A stretch of 64,000 nt of DNA from Candidatus Helarchaeota archaeon (GTDB lineage: Archaea; Asgardarchaeota; Lokiarchaeia; Helarchaeales; RDOG01), in NCBI GenBank assembly GCA_019058315.1, contig JAHPZH010000004.1:256001-320000 (forward strand), in the 5' to 3' direction. A program made the position numbers and the translations under genes. Shown here piece by piece: positions 48,106 through 57,282 of this stretch; the first letter of the stretch is position 1, and every line of letters starts with the position of its first letter. The notes under the pieces are model-generated. The model saw only the letters and a program-made list of their open reading frames with translations. It was not told the DNA's origin and searched no databases.

Positions 48106-50716
48106 TTTTATTCTCCAAAATGAACTTTGCCATTTCCAAAAATGGAATCTTTTGAAATGTATTGTAAAATAAATTCTCTTCTACAAACAGATAATTCCAG
48201 TTTTCACCCGCTTTTCTAACCCAATCTTCAGCAACTTTTCTCTTGAGTTTAGTACTTTGTTTATCAATGAATACCTCTCCTTTTGTTTCAATAATATAAT
48301 ATTGATTGTTTGTTGTTAAAACAAAAAAATCTGGTATATATCTTTTAAGAAAACCCTTTTCGTTATAATATAAATAAAATTTCATCTGCTTACTGACTTT
48401 ACAGAAACTTTTAACATCATTATCAGTATCTAAATATAATGCAAATTCTCTCTCTAACGCACTATCAAATGAGATATAATTAAAAATTGTCTTTTTAAAA
48501 CTCTCAACATTTTTACTCGTGAATTGGTGTCCACTTTCAGAAATTTTATAAATTTTTCCAGATTTTTTAAATTCGGTTTCTTTAATGTTTACATCAGAAA
48601 AAATCCTAGTCACTATGTCATAAATTTTCTTAATTACTAAAGGGTGATTTAATTTTAACATGATATTTTCATCTAAAAAGTCAATAGACCTTTCAAAGAA
48701 ATGATTTTTTAAATATTTTTTGAATTTAGGTAAGAAGGGTTGATAAGAATTTGAGATATGGAATTTTTTGAAAAAATGTTTTGTTAAATGGACTATATAA
48801 TCATTAATATCTTGAAAAAATGAAAAATCGATGTTTAATTCTCTTATAATTTCATCATTTCCATATTCCTTTTCATAGTATTTAGGCAGTTGAATTTTTA
48901 TTTCATCAATTTTCATTACTTGTTTTTCTAATTTCTCCCATGGAAAATCTTCTAAAGAGTTAATATGATAAAAAAAACCTCCTGACAATATTGGAATCTC
49001 AATGTCCAATTCTTTTTTTGAATGTAAAGGAAAAATTAATATTTCACTTGGTCTGAAGTCACCTATTTTACTAGTTTCAATATCAAAGAAGGTAAAATCA
49101 TCTTCACTTATACCTTCCTTCTTCAAAGCATTCACTATTAATGGTTCAAACCGTTCATGTTCAATTACCGTTAAATATTCATCTTGATCTTGAAATTGTT
49201 TCCTTAGTCCTCTTCCAAGAGTCTGTTCAACAAGAATATTCGATTCATAGGATCTTAATGGAACGATTACCTTAACACTTTTTACATCCCATCCTTCTTT
49301 CAACATCATAACACTTACAATAATTTTATAAGGATTAGTTGATTCATCGATAGTTTCAGCTGCATCCATAAGGTCGTCTATTTCCTCATCTAAGATTTCT
49401 CCTGCATTAACTCCTTTTTCTATCGTATGAATTAACAATACATTTCTTTTCGTATAGTTAGGATATTCTTCAACTATAAACTTCCAAACTTCATCAGCAT
49501 GTTTATTTTTATCTGTCATAATAAAAAGTATTGCTTTTTTATTTAAGGGCGTTAATAATTCTTCATATTCTTCGAGAATTCTAATACCTGCTTGAATCTG
49601 ATATTGGTTTATATATGCAAAATTATCAGATGATACTTCAGGAATATGAGTCAATTTTCCTATTTTAGGAATTTTCACAATTTTGTTATGAATAGCCTTA
49701 GAAAGAGGATAGTCTATAATGATATGTTCAAAGAATTTAGTCTGATCAGTCTGATATCTTGGCGTTGCAGTAAAATCTAATTGGAATTTAATATTATTTA
49801 AGTTATTACGGGTTTTTAGAGCTTTATTAATTTCTATAATGATTCTATTCCATGCTAAATATTCCGAATGGACATGATGAGCTTCATCATTAATAACCAT
49901 TATATTATCTCTAGTGCTTACACTTGAAAATAAAGGATTTTCAGTTGAAGATTTATTTATTAAATCATTTTTATCTATTGAATAATCCGAACTAGACATC
50001 AAACTAGCTTTCTTTAATATAGCAGGTATTGAATCTTGTTTTGAATATAGTTGATGAACATTAGTTAAGAAAATAACTCCTTTTTTATTTATTGGAGTAA
50101 TTTCAGAGCGATAGATAATTTGGATATCAAAGAACTTTTCCCAACCTTTTGGTATGAAAGGATACTTACGAAAAATAGAATTTGCACTGGAAATTGGTAA
50201 AAAATCTTTTTTTAATCTTTTATAAACAATCTTATTTGGAGCTATGACAAGAAAAGTATTAGCTAATCTATCACATATAGGTTCTTTATTTATAAAATTA
50301 AAATAACTCCAAATAATAGCAAGAACCATAATAAAAGTTTTCCCAGAGCCAGTTGCCATTTTAAAGCAATATTTAGGAAATTCGGATTGTTCGGCTTTTT
50401 TATCATATATTTGAGCTAAACTATCATCCCAAAATTTATTAAAAATATCTAGAATGTCTTTAGCTTCTAAAATTTCAACAATATAAATTAGAGTTTCTAT
50501 AGCTAATTGTTGAATTGGATAAAAAGAAAAAATATTTCCATCTGTTGTCTCATGATCAGTTTCAAACCAAAATCCTAAGAGTTGTTTAGTGGTTTTAGTT
50601 ACGCCTTTGTACCTTTCTTCCCAATTTGCATCGGAGTTTCTCCATTCAATTACTTTTTCTAATAATTGTTGAACTATTGGAAATTGGGAAGATGTCAAAT
50701 AATCATTACTATTCAA
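48098..50716 (-). CDS. res: Type III R-M restriction subunit (SF2 helicase-like ATPase + PD-(D/E)xK nuclease)
   Basis: 'KMATGSGKT', 'NDEAHH', 'FTATP', 'MLKEGWDV', 'EQTLGRGLR', 'YIPDF...IIETKG'. Confidence 0.92.
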   Translation of the reverse strand: MNSNDYLTSSQFPIVQQLLEKVIEWRNSDANWEERYKGVTKTTKQLLGFWFETDHETTDGNIFSFYPIQQLAIETLIYIVEILEAKDILDIFNKFWDDSLAQIYDKKAEQSEFPKYCFKMATGSGKTFIMVLAIIWSYFNFINKEPICDRLANTFLVIAPNKIVYKRLKKDFLPISSANSIFRKYPFIPKGWEKFFDIQIIYRSEITPINKKGVIFLTNVHQLYSKQDSIPAILKKASLMSSSDYSIDKNDLINKSSTENPLFSSVSTRDNIMVINDEAHHVHSEYLAWNRIIIEINKALKTRNNLNNIKFQLDFTATPRYQTDQTKFFEHIIIDYPLSKAIHNKIVKIPKIGKLTHIPEVSSDNFAYINQYQIQAGIRILEEYEELLTPLNKKAILFIMTDKNKHADEVWKFIVEEYPNYTKRNVLLIHTIEKGVNAGEILDEEIDDLMDAAETIDESTNPYKIIVSVMMLKEGWDVKSVKVIVPLRSYESNILVEQTLGRGLRKQFQDQDEYLTVIEHERFEPLIVNALKKEGISEDDFTFFDIETSKIGDFRPSEILIFPLHSKKELDIEIPILSGGFFYHINSLEDFPWEKLEKQVMKIDEIKIQLPKYYEKEYGNDEIIRELNIDFSFFQDINDYIVHLTKHFFKKFHISNSYQPFLPKFKKYLKNHFFERSIDFLDENIMLKLNHPLVIKKIYDIVTRIFSDVNIKETEFKKSGKIYKISESGHQFTSKNVESFKKTIFNYISFDSALEREFALYLDTDNDVKSFCKVSKQMKFYLYYNEKGFLKRYIPDFFVLTTNNQYYIIETKGEVFIDKQSTKLKRKVAEDWVRKAGENWNYLFVEENLFYNTFQKIPFLEMAKFILENKNE

Positions 50717-50718
50717 AT

Positions 50719-52518
50719 TTATGTCCCCTTTTCTAATTTATAACATGCACCACATATATCGTAAATCTCTAATTTAATTAATTTAATCTCTTTTTCTAAT
50801 GTTATTTTTATTAATTTTTCAAGATTTAGTACATCAATCTTACGATGAAATATTTTTGAAAAGACAATATTACCTCTATTATCTAATAGTTGTAAGATCC
50901 AATGGCTTAATCTTCCAAAAGTTAATTTAGTATGATCAAATTCTATTATCTTTAATGAAATGATTTGATCATTCAAGAAAAAAAAATCTTCAATTTCACA
51001 TTTAAATTCAGAATTAATTATATCCATATTCACTTCCACAACTGGAGCTTTTAAAAATATCCCATTAGTTTTCGACTTTTCCCATATTTGTTCGAGTTTC
51101 CAGAACTGAACTTTTTGTCTCTTATTAGATAGTTCGCTTTTTAACTGATCCCATTTCTCATCTTCAAGAAAATCAGGTGCAATAATGATAAAAGATTCAA
51201 ATATGTGTTTAAAATCTCCAAATTCGGAAATACATATTTCTAATTCATGAGCCGTAAACGTGTGGTGTGGCGGTGAAATATGTAGAAGAGAATTATTGTA
51301 AATTGCTGAAAATATTAATGAATTTGAGATTACTTTTGCATTTAAGAGTTTGCATATAAATTCTATGAATCCATTTTCAAAATACTCTTCTATATAATCA
51401 TATTGATATGAACCTATGGCAATTGACTCAATTGAAAATTTATTCGTTATAAAAAAGTTTTGACATAACGAAATGCCTAACATTCTGGGATCAATGCCTA
51501 CATAATTTCTATTTAACTCGGTAGTTACTTTTGCACAAGTTCCAGATCCTACGAAAATATGCAATAGAATTCCATTTTCTTCCGAAAAGCTTTGTATTAT
51601 TCGTTCATAAACTTTATCTTGTAATTCCCAACCCAAATGAGATAGGGCGAAAGCTTCTAAATCAAGCCAGTTATTATCAACAATATGACCTTGTTTTGGT
51701 TCAACCCAATAAACCGGTTTTCCTTCTGTATTTAACTTAATAGTCCCATTGGCACATCTTTTGTCTATGGTAGCTTGTTTGAATTTCCAATGACTGCCAA
51801 CAGGTGGTGCAATTTTATGTTCTTTTCCGTTAATTTTAAATATACGGGGAGGTCCTTGTCCTTTTGAATGCATTGTGTGCCAATATCCGCCAGATTCTTT
51901 TTCTTTATAACTTGGAATTATTTTGGGATTTTCACTTTTAGTATATATAAAAAAGCAAGAAGTAACTTCTTTTGTAAGAGAATTTGAATCATCAGAGTTT
52001 TTTTGGTAAAATGGAGATTGAATAAAAACCTCATTTAAAAACTTATCATAGCCCAAAGTGTTATCTAATAAAATTTTTAAGTAATGTCTGTACCTTCCAA
52101 TATATTTAATAATAAAGAAACCTTGTTCGCTTAAAAGATCCCAAGTTTCTTTTATTAAAGACTCCAAATTCGTGAAATATTCTTCTATCGAACCTTTAAA
52201 ATAAACTTCTGCTGGCAGACCTATTGGATTATAAAAATTATGAAATTTATTTGGGTCATATAGATTTGGTCTTTTTAAAATAGATGCTTTGTCCTCACTT
52301 TCCTCTTTATAAGGTAAATCAATAAGTATGATTTGATAATCTTTTGGTATTTTACATCGTTCATTAGAAAATTTTAATCCTTTAATAACAGTTATTAAAT
52401 TATGACCCCATAGGAGGAAATTTTGTTTTTTATCAAATTTCTTTGAAAATATTTTTATTAGTGGAGGTAAATTATTTAATCCTGCCAAATTTTGTTTATT
52501 TTTGTTCCAATTTAGCAT
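50719..52518 (-). CDS. Second Mod-like subunit with degenerate catalytic motifs and full TRD
   Basis: 'LLWGHNL', 'LIDLPY' (vs DPPY/F), 'LDNTLGYDKFLNEV', TRD 'PPVGSHWKF', 'HIFVGSGT' (vs DFF.GSGT), 'LNRNYVGID'. Confidence 0.8.
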   Translation of the reverse strand: MLNWNKNKQNLAGLNNLPPLIKIFSKKFDKKQNFLLWGHNLITVIKGLKFSNERCKIPKDYQIILIDLPYKEESEDKASILKRPNLYDPNKFHNFYNPIGLPAEVYFKGSIEEYFTNLESLIKETWDLLSEQGFFIIKYIGRYRHYLKILLDNTLGYDKFLNEVFIQSPFYQKNSDDSNSLTKEVTSCFFIYTKSENPKIIPSYKEKESGGYWHTMHSKGQGPPRIFKINGKEHKIAPPVGSHWKFKQATIDKRCANGTIKLNTEGKPVYWVEPKQGHIVDNNWLDLEAFALSHLGWELQDKVYERIIQSFSEENGILLHIFVGSGTCAKVTTELNRNYVGIDPRMLGISLCQNFFITNKFSIESIAIGSYQYDYIEEYFENGFIEFICKLLNAKVISNSLIFSAIYNNSLLHISPPHHTFTAHELEICISEFGDFKHIFESFIIIAPDFLEDEKWDQLKSELSNKRQKVQFWKLEQIWEKSKTNGIFLKAPVVEVNMDIINSEFKCEIEDFFFLNDQIISLKIIEFDHTKLTFGRLSHWILQLLDNRGNIVFSKIFHRKIDVLNLEKLIKITLEKEIKLIKLEIYDICGACYKLEKGT

Positions 52519-52749
52519 ATTTTGCCTCTTTTACGTTATTCCCTCAATATATATTAACTTTTATTTAACTTAAAAATCAAAATTTATTATGTTTCAATGA
52601 TTATGAAAATTAATTATTTAGATTTAACTATCAATTAAAATTATATGAAAAGATTTTACCAAATCCTTAAATTTGTTTTTAAATTACTTATAAATAATTC
52701 TTAACTCAATAAGTATAGAATTAACATTCTATTTAAAGGAGGAAATTAG

Positions 52750-53019
52750 TTGTCTGATAGAGGAATTGAAGTAATTAATCAATTAATTGAGACTGGAGAA
52801 AAATTAGCAAAAAAAGAAAAAGTAACCGAAACTGAATATGCTCACTGGTATTTTAACTGCAATTTTGTAGTGAAAGGTTTTTATGTATCTAAAAAAGAGC
52901 TAAATGTAATTATGACTGAATTTAATGAGCAATTCTCAATGGCAAATAATAATATGAAAATTAAAATGATAATTGGCTTATTATTATCATTGAAAGATCG
53001 GAAGGAAAAGAAACTTTAA
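52750..53019 (+). CDS. Small helical hypothetical protein
   Basis: GGAGG RBS before TTG; 89 aa. Confidence 0.65.
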   Translation: MSDRGIEVINQLIETGEKLAKKEKVTETEYAHWYFNCNFVVKGFYVSKKELNVIMTEFNEQFSMANNNMKIKMIIGLLLSLKDRKEKKL

Positions 53020-53045
53020 ATCAGATTAATAAGTTAAACATTTAC

Positions 53046-54254
53046 TCACTTATTCAATAACTCTAATTCTAAATTATGAATTTTAACGTCTTTCTCTTTT
53101 ATTTGCTTTTCTAATTCATTAATTTTAGCTTCATCAGTCCGTACAAAAAGCATGACCGCATTTTCCCACTTTAAAAATTGTTCATAAAGCCAACTATCCG
53201 ATTTAATTAAGTCATTGTAATGATCGATTTGCTTATCATAGTGAAAGGTAATCAATTTTAAGTACCAATCATCTAATTTCGGTTTTACATATAATCTAAT
53301 GGAAGTTTCCATGTATCTACGAAAACAATTTGAAGAAAGGGATTCTCTCTTAATTAAATTTAATTTATTGTGAAAATAATTTAACGTATCATTGAAATTT
53401 TTTTCTGAAATTCGTTTCCCATGCCTAGTTAAAAATAATTGTTGTAAATCCAACTCTCTTAAATCCTCTAAATTAAAAAACAACTTCAATTTCTGCTCTA
53501 TTTCTTTTGTAATAAACAGTTTCTTTAACCCCACCATTCTTTTAGAACTCATGAACTCAACTTCCCCTTTTTTTGTCGTTATGTGGTATCTTTCTTGAAA
53601 TTTATTAAGAAAATAATTTCCATTAGTAATTTTATTTAAAATATCATCAATTCGTAACCCTGTTTGACTTAGAAATAAATGTAATAACGCATAATCTTTA
53701 GACCTAAAGCATAAATGGATTTTTCTGTTCAATTTTTTATCCACAAGAACAAAGTTCTTTTCTGAACCATATTTATTTGAATCAATATACCCTTCTATTC
53801 TTTTATTAATAGAAGAAAAATAACTCATTACCCTAGATTGTATCGTGTTCAATATGGTAGTTTCCCCAAACTTCCTCACACCTTTAATTTTAGAATCTCT
53901 AGAAATTTCTAATAAATGGTTAATAAAAGCAATGAAAATTTCACTCCTTTTAGTATCTTCTAATTCTGCAAATCTTTCAATATCCGAATTATGATTATTC
54001 TCTAAAAATTGATTAAACAAGTTCAAATAGTCTATATATTGCCGAAATTTGAATTTATGAATATTTTTTGTGAATTTGCTTCTTGAATGGTATTGACTTA
54101 CTCTTATTCTTAACCAAGAATTCACCTTTTCAGGAAACTTTTTATAAACTCCAAACCTTCTAGCCCAAGTATCCCTGTTATTTTCAATAATTTTATCAAT
54201 TGACATTTTAGTTACTCCCTTTTTTTCATCAAAGGTATTATTTGAATTATACAA
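53046..54254 (-). CDS. Second tyrosine recombinase (XerC/D-like) with C-terminal coiled coil; likely start MSIDKII (~54205)
   Basis: 'SQTGLRIDDI' (R), 'SSKR' (K), 'SNCFRRY' (xxxR), 'ITFH', 'DHYND' (Y); coiled-coil tail. Confidence 0.82.
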   Translation of the reverse strand: MYNSNNTFDEKKGVTKMSIDKIIENNRDTWARRFGVYKKFPEKVNSWLRIRVSQYHSRSKFTKNIHKFKFRQYIDYLNLFNQFLENNHNSDIERFAELEDTKRSEIFIAFINHLLEISRDSKIKGVRKFGETTILNTIQSRVMSYFSSINKRIEGYIDSNKYGSEKNFVLVDKKLNRKIHLCFRSKDYALLHLFLSQTGLRIDDILNKITNGNYFLNKFQERYHITTKKGEVEFMSSKRMVGLKKLFITKEIEQKLKLFFNLEDLRELDLQQLFLTRHGKRISEKNFNDTLNYFHNKLNLIKRESLSSNCFRRYMETSIRLYVKPKLDDWYLKLITFHYDKQIDHYNDLIKSDSWLYEQFLKWENAVMLFVRTDEAKINELEKQIKEKDVKIHNLELELLNK

Positions 54255-54439
54255 CTTGGATTCAAATAAATTGGTTGTTTCTTATCCGGTGTACTGATTT
54301 CTACGAATTTTACATCCCCTATTACCCTAATTTTATCAAAAAAAGCATAGTAAGTCATTCCTTCTATTTGAAAAATGTATTGCATGTCTTTAATCAGACC
54401 GCCTTCTTGCTCATCTAATAACTTTAAATACTCACTCAT
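54212..54439 (-). CDS. Small hypothetical (Sm/Hfq-like beta) protein
   Basis: 'VKFVEI......PIYLNPSCIIQIIP' beta pattern; GAGGTGA RBS. Confidence 0.5.
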   Translation of the reverse strand: MSEYLKLLDEQEGGLIKDMQYIFQIEGMTYYAFFDKIRVIGDVKFVEISTPDKKQPIYLNPSCIIQIIPLMKKRE

Positions 54440-54443
54440 TAAA

Positions 54444-54689
54444 TCACCTCAAAAAATTAGTTATTTTGGATTGTTTCGAAACCGATTTTTTAAGTTTCGC
54501 TTGTTTTGGAACAAATGAAAATAAGGAGTCGAAGAATTGCGGATTTAAACAAACTGATAAATGATAAATGTTGTTTTTATATTGCTTACAATAACCTTTA
54601 TTTCCTTTATTATCAAAACAACGACACCCTTTACAAACTTTCAAGCTAGGTCTAAAACCCTCAGTTCCGTACCAATCGATCTTGCTCAT
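54444..54689 (-). CDS. Small cysteine-rich protein
   Basis: CKGCRCF...GYCK...C pattern typical of viral small Zn/Fe-S proteins; GGAG RBS. Confidence 0.6.
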   Translation of the reverse strand: MSKIDWYGTEGFRPSLKVCKGCRCFDNKGNKGYCKQYKNNIYHLSVCLNPQFFDSLFSFVPKQAKLKKSVSKQSKITNFLR

Positions 54690-54757
54690 GGGAAATTTTC
54701 TCCTTATTTCCGTCTACGACTAATATACGGGAAATTTCAATTTATTAATTTTCTGAA

Positions 54758-54791
54758 ATATTATCGGGTTTTCATGTAAATCCGATAATAT
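54758..54791. repeat. Palindromic site 2: ATATTATCGGGTTT-TCATGT-AAATCCGATAATAT
   Basis: 14-6-14 inverted repeat; arms match site 1 at 39476..39509. Confidence 0.8.
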
Positions 54792-54796
54792 GTTAG

Positions 54797-54958
54797 CAAT
54801 CAAACAAATCCTTGCTCTTTTGTCAAAATACCCAAGATATCAAACTTCTAACCAACCTCCCAGGTTTTTTGAACGGTTATTCGGTGGTAGCGATAGAGGA
54901 GGAAATGGTCTATGAAAGGAGAAAAAGAGTGGAAAAGACCTTTACGACATTGAAATGA
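54797..54958 (+). pseudogene. Possible IS4-superfamily DDE transposase fragment
   Basis: Unlisted open frame reads ...KLLTNLP-(16 aa)-YERRKRVEKTFTTLK*, matching LLTNL plus Y-2-R-3-E-6-K. Confidence 0.4.
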
Positions 54959-55084
54959 GCCATTGTTATTAACCTTTTCATTTATTTATTTAAAAATTAG
55001 AAATAAATTGATTTCAAAATTAAACTATAAGATTTAATAGTCAATTATTTCAAATATTAAATTTGTATATACTTGGTGGGATAA

Positions 55085-55393
55085 ATGTCGATTGAAGATG
55101 CAATTGAGGAAAGTATGGTTAAACAAAAGAAAAAGGAACAAGAAGAATTACCTTGGAAAATGTGTTTTTGTGTAATCAGCGTAATAATAGTAATAATTGT
55201 TTCTGTTTGGGCGGGAGTTTATTATGCTGATGACCAATCAAAATCTGATTTAGTCTGGTTATTAACATTCGCTGGTTTATCTGGATTCCTTGGAGATATT
55301 ACTGTTGGAGAATGGTTTATAATTGCTTATGCAATACATCCCCAAACTGCAATGACAGCATTATTCTTTGTTTTTGATTTATTTGGAGGTTAG
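55085..55393 (+). CDS. Small membrane protein
   Basis: 2-3 hydrophobic helices. Confidence 0.65.
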   Translation: MSIEDAIEESMVKQKKKEQEELPWKMCFCVISVIIVIIVSVWAGVYYADDQSKSDLVWLLTFAGLSGFLGDITVGEWFIIAYAIHPQTAMTALFFVFDLFGG

Positions 55394-55398
55394 ATAAT

Positions 55399-55590
55399 AT
55401 GGCAGAAGAATATAGAGTAATCGAAGTAAGTTTAGGCGGAATGAGAGGACCAGAAATAAATATTAAAAAGTGGGACGATTTTATAGCCGCAATTAAATTA
55501 AACAATATCAAAACAGTATTTAAAACAGGGAAAACTTTTTTCTTTCATTTAGGCGGTGCCGAAATAAAGTGCAAATATAAGAATGCGTAA
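55399..55590 (+). CDS. 63-aa hypothetical protein, tandem paralog 1
   Basis: Shares 'EEY.V.E.S...IK.WDDFI.AIKLNN.KTVFK.GK.FFF.L.G..I.CKYK' with next ORF. Confidence 0.75.
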   Translation: MAEEYRVIEVSLGGMRGPEINIKKWDDFIAAIKLNNIKTVFKTGKTFFFHLGGAEIKCKYKNA

Positions 55591-55604
55591 GAAGGAAGAA
55601 AATT

Positions 55605-55796
55605 ATGAGTGAAGAATATAAAGTAGTTGAAATGAGTCATTCGACATCAATGGCAGGACATACATTTTATATTAAGAATTGGGATGATTTCATAAAAGCA
55701 ATAAAATTAAACAATGTTAAAACGGTATTTAAAAGCGGAAAGGAATTTTTCTTTCCTTTAGAAGGCGTAGTAATAAGGTGTAAATATAAAAAATAA
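55605..55796 (+). CDS. 63-aa hypothetical protein, tandem paralog 2
   Basis: See paralog 1. Confidence 0.75.
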   Translation: MSEEYKVVEMSHSTSMAGHTFYIKNWDDFIKAIKLNNVKTVFKSGKEFFFPLEGVVIRCKYKK

Positions 55797-55920
55797 ACAA
55801 TTTTTTTTATTTTTTACTGAAAAAAGGGAATGTGTAAAATATATGAGTGTTAAAAACAATAAAAAAGTTTTACTACTGATTTTTAGCTTCGTCATTATTA
55901 ATATTTTAAAGTGATTAAAA

Positions 55921-56178
55921 ATGGTAAAACAAATTACTATAGAAGATAGGTTTAGAGAATGGGAAAGAATGCTTGGAATTGCAGAAAATCTGAAAAAGGA
56001 CAGAGATTCTTTAGAAGATAATACTAAACGAAATCTATTTGATAAAATTATTTTACATTATAAAGGAGAAATAGAGCCATTAGAAGATAACGTAAGAAGA
56101 GAATTAAGAGCTAACCCTGAATTAAAAAAGAAATATGAAGGATTAGCAAAAAGAACTAATGCAGTATTTAAGAGTTAA
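55921..56178 (+). CDS. Small helical hypothetical protein
   Basis: 85-aa ORF, GTGA RBS. Confidence 0.6.
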   Translation: MVKQITIEDRFREWERMLGIAENLKKDRDSLEDNTKRNLFDKIILHYKGEIEPLEDNVRRELRANPELKKKYEGLAKRTNAVFKS

Positions 56179-56496
56179 GGGAGTTGAAATTGAGTGAAAC
56201 GAGACTCCAATTTTTTTCATAAGAGATATAAACAAATTGAAGACGCTATGGTTAAAGTAAACTTCAATTCATTGATTTTCATATATTGATACTTTGAAAT
56301 TATTCTATTTATTTGCTAAAATCCCAAAAATCAAATTTGCAATCTGCAATAAATCAAAAAAGATTAAAAATCCTTGAATCTAATCAATCCCCCTTTTTTT
56401 ATCTTCTTTCAATATAAAATACGATCCAAATGAGAAACAAAGGAATTTTTAGGTTTTAAAAGTCGTTCTTGATCTTACAGTCAAATTATCCTCTCA

Positions 56497-57168
56497 TTAT
56501 CCCAATAAGTTCCCTAAGAATAAAAAATATACGACATCCCTAATATCAATCGAATCATAAAATTCGAAAGGAACAAAGAAAATATGTAAATAAATATCAT
56601 GCAAAGCCACCCCTAAACAAAAGCTACACAATAAAGCAAAAAAAATATTTTGATTTACAGTTAAACCCTTTGCATTATAGAAAATAAACAATAAAAGTAG
56701 AAAACCACCAATGCCCCAATACAAATGATGAATATGAACTCCATTAAATATTAATTCCCCATAATTAAAAACTCTAATGAATACTTCTGCAATAAAAAAT
56801 CCTAAAAACAATCCCAAACTAAAAAAAATGCTATATCTTCTAACCCTTCTTTCCTTAACATACAATTTTTCATATTCCTCATCAATATATTTATCTAAAA
56901 GGGTTTCTTTTTTCTGAAAATTGCTCCAAAAAATTATTTTAAATAAATAAATAAATCCGACAATTCCGATCCCTGTTGCAATGGGAAATAAAATAAACTC
57001 AAATAGAGCTTCATTAAAGTTATTTATATGAATGATTACCCAATAATCGTTATTCCATGCTATCAAAAATGTATAATATAAAACAAACCACTCTAATAGG
57101 AGAAAAAAATAACCAAATGCAACTAAAGAATATATTACTCTTCTCTTATTCAACATTTCAATCCCCAT
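56497..57168 (-). CDS. Membrane protein with His-rich intramembrane motif (HIHHLYWG...LHDIYLH)
   Basis: 5-6 TM; clustered His/Asp suggest a metal site. Confidence 0.65.
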   Translation of the reverse strand: MGIEMLNKRRVIYSLVAFGYFFLLLEWFVLYYTFLIAWNNDYWVIIHINNFNEALFEFILFPIATGIGIVGFIYLFKIIFWSNFQKKETLLDKYIDEEYEKLYVKERRVRRYSIFFSLGLFLGFFIAEVFIRVFNYGELIFNGVHIHHLYWGIGGFLLLLFIFYNAKGLTVNQNIFFALLCSFCLGVALHDIYLHIFFVPFEFYDSIDIRDVVYFLFLGNLLG

Positions 57169-57282
57169 TCATGCTTTAAACTAAAATTTCTAATTGTATT
57201 AACATTTATTTGAAATAAGGAAAATAAAGCAAAAACTGAATGTAGGCCAACAAAGAAATTTTTTTGATTTTTATACATTTTT

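Noticed and set aside
50719-52518. Second Mod as a simple pseudogene
   Set aside because: The ORF is full length with no stops or frameshifts, leads the operon, and retains precisely the TRD that the other Mod lacks.
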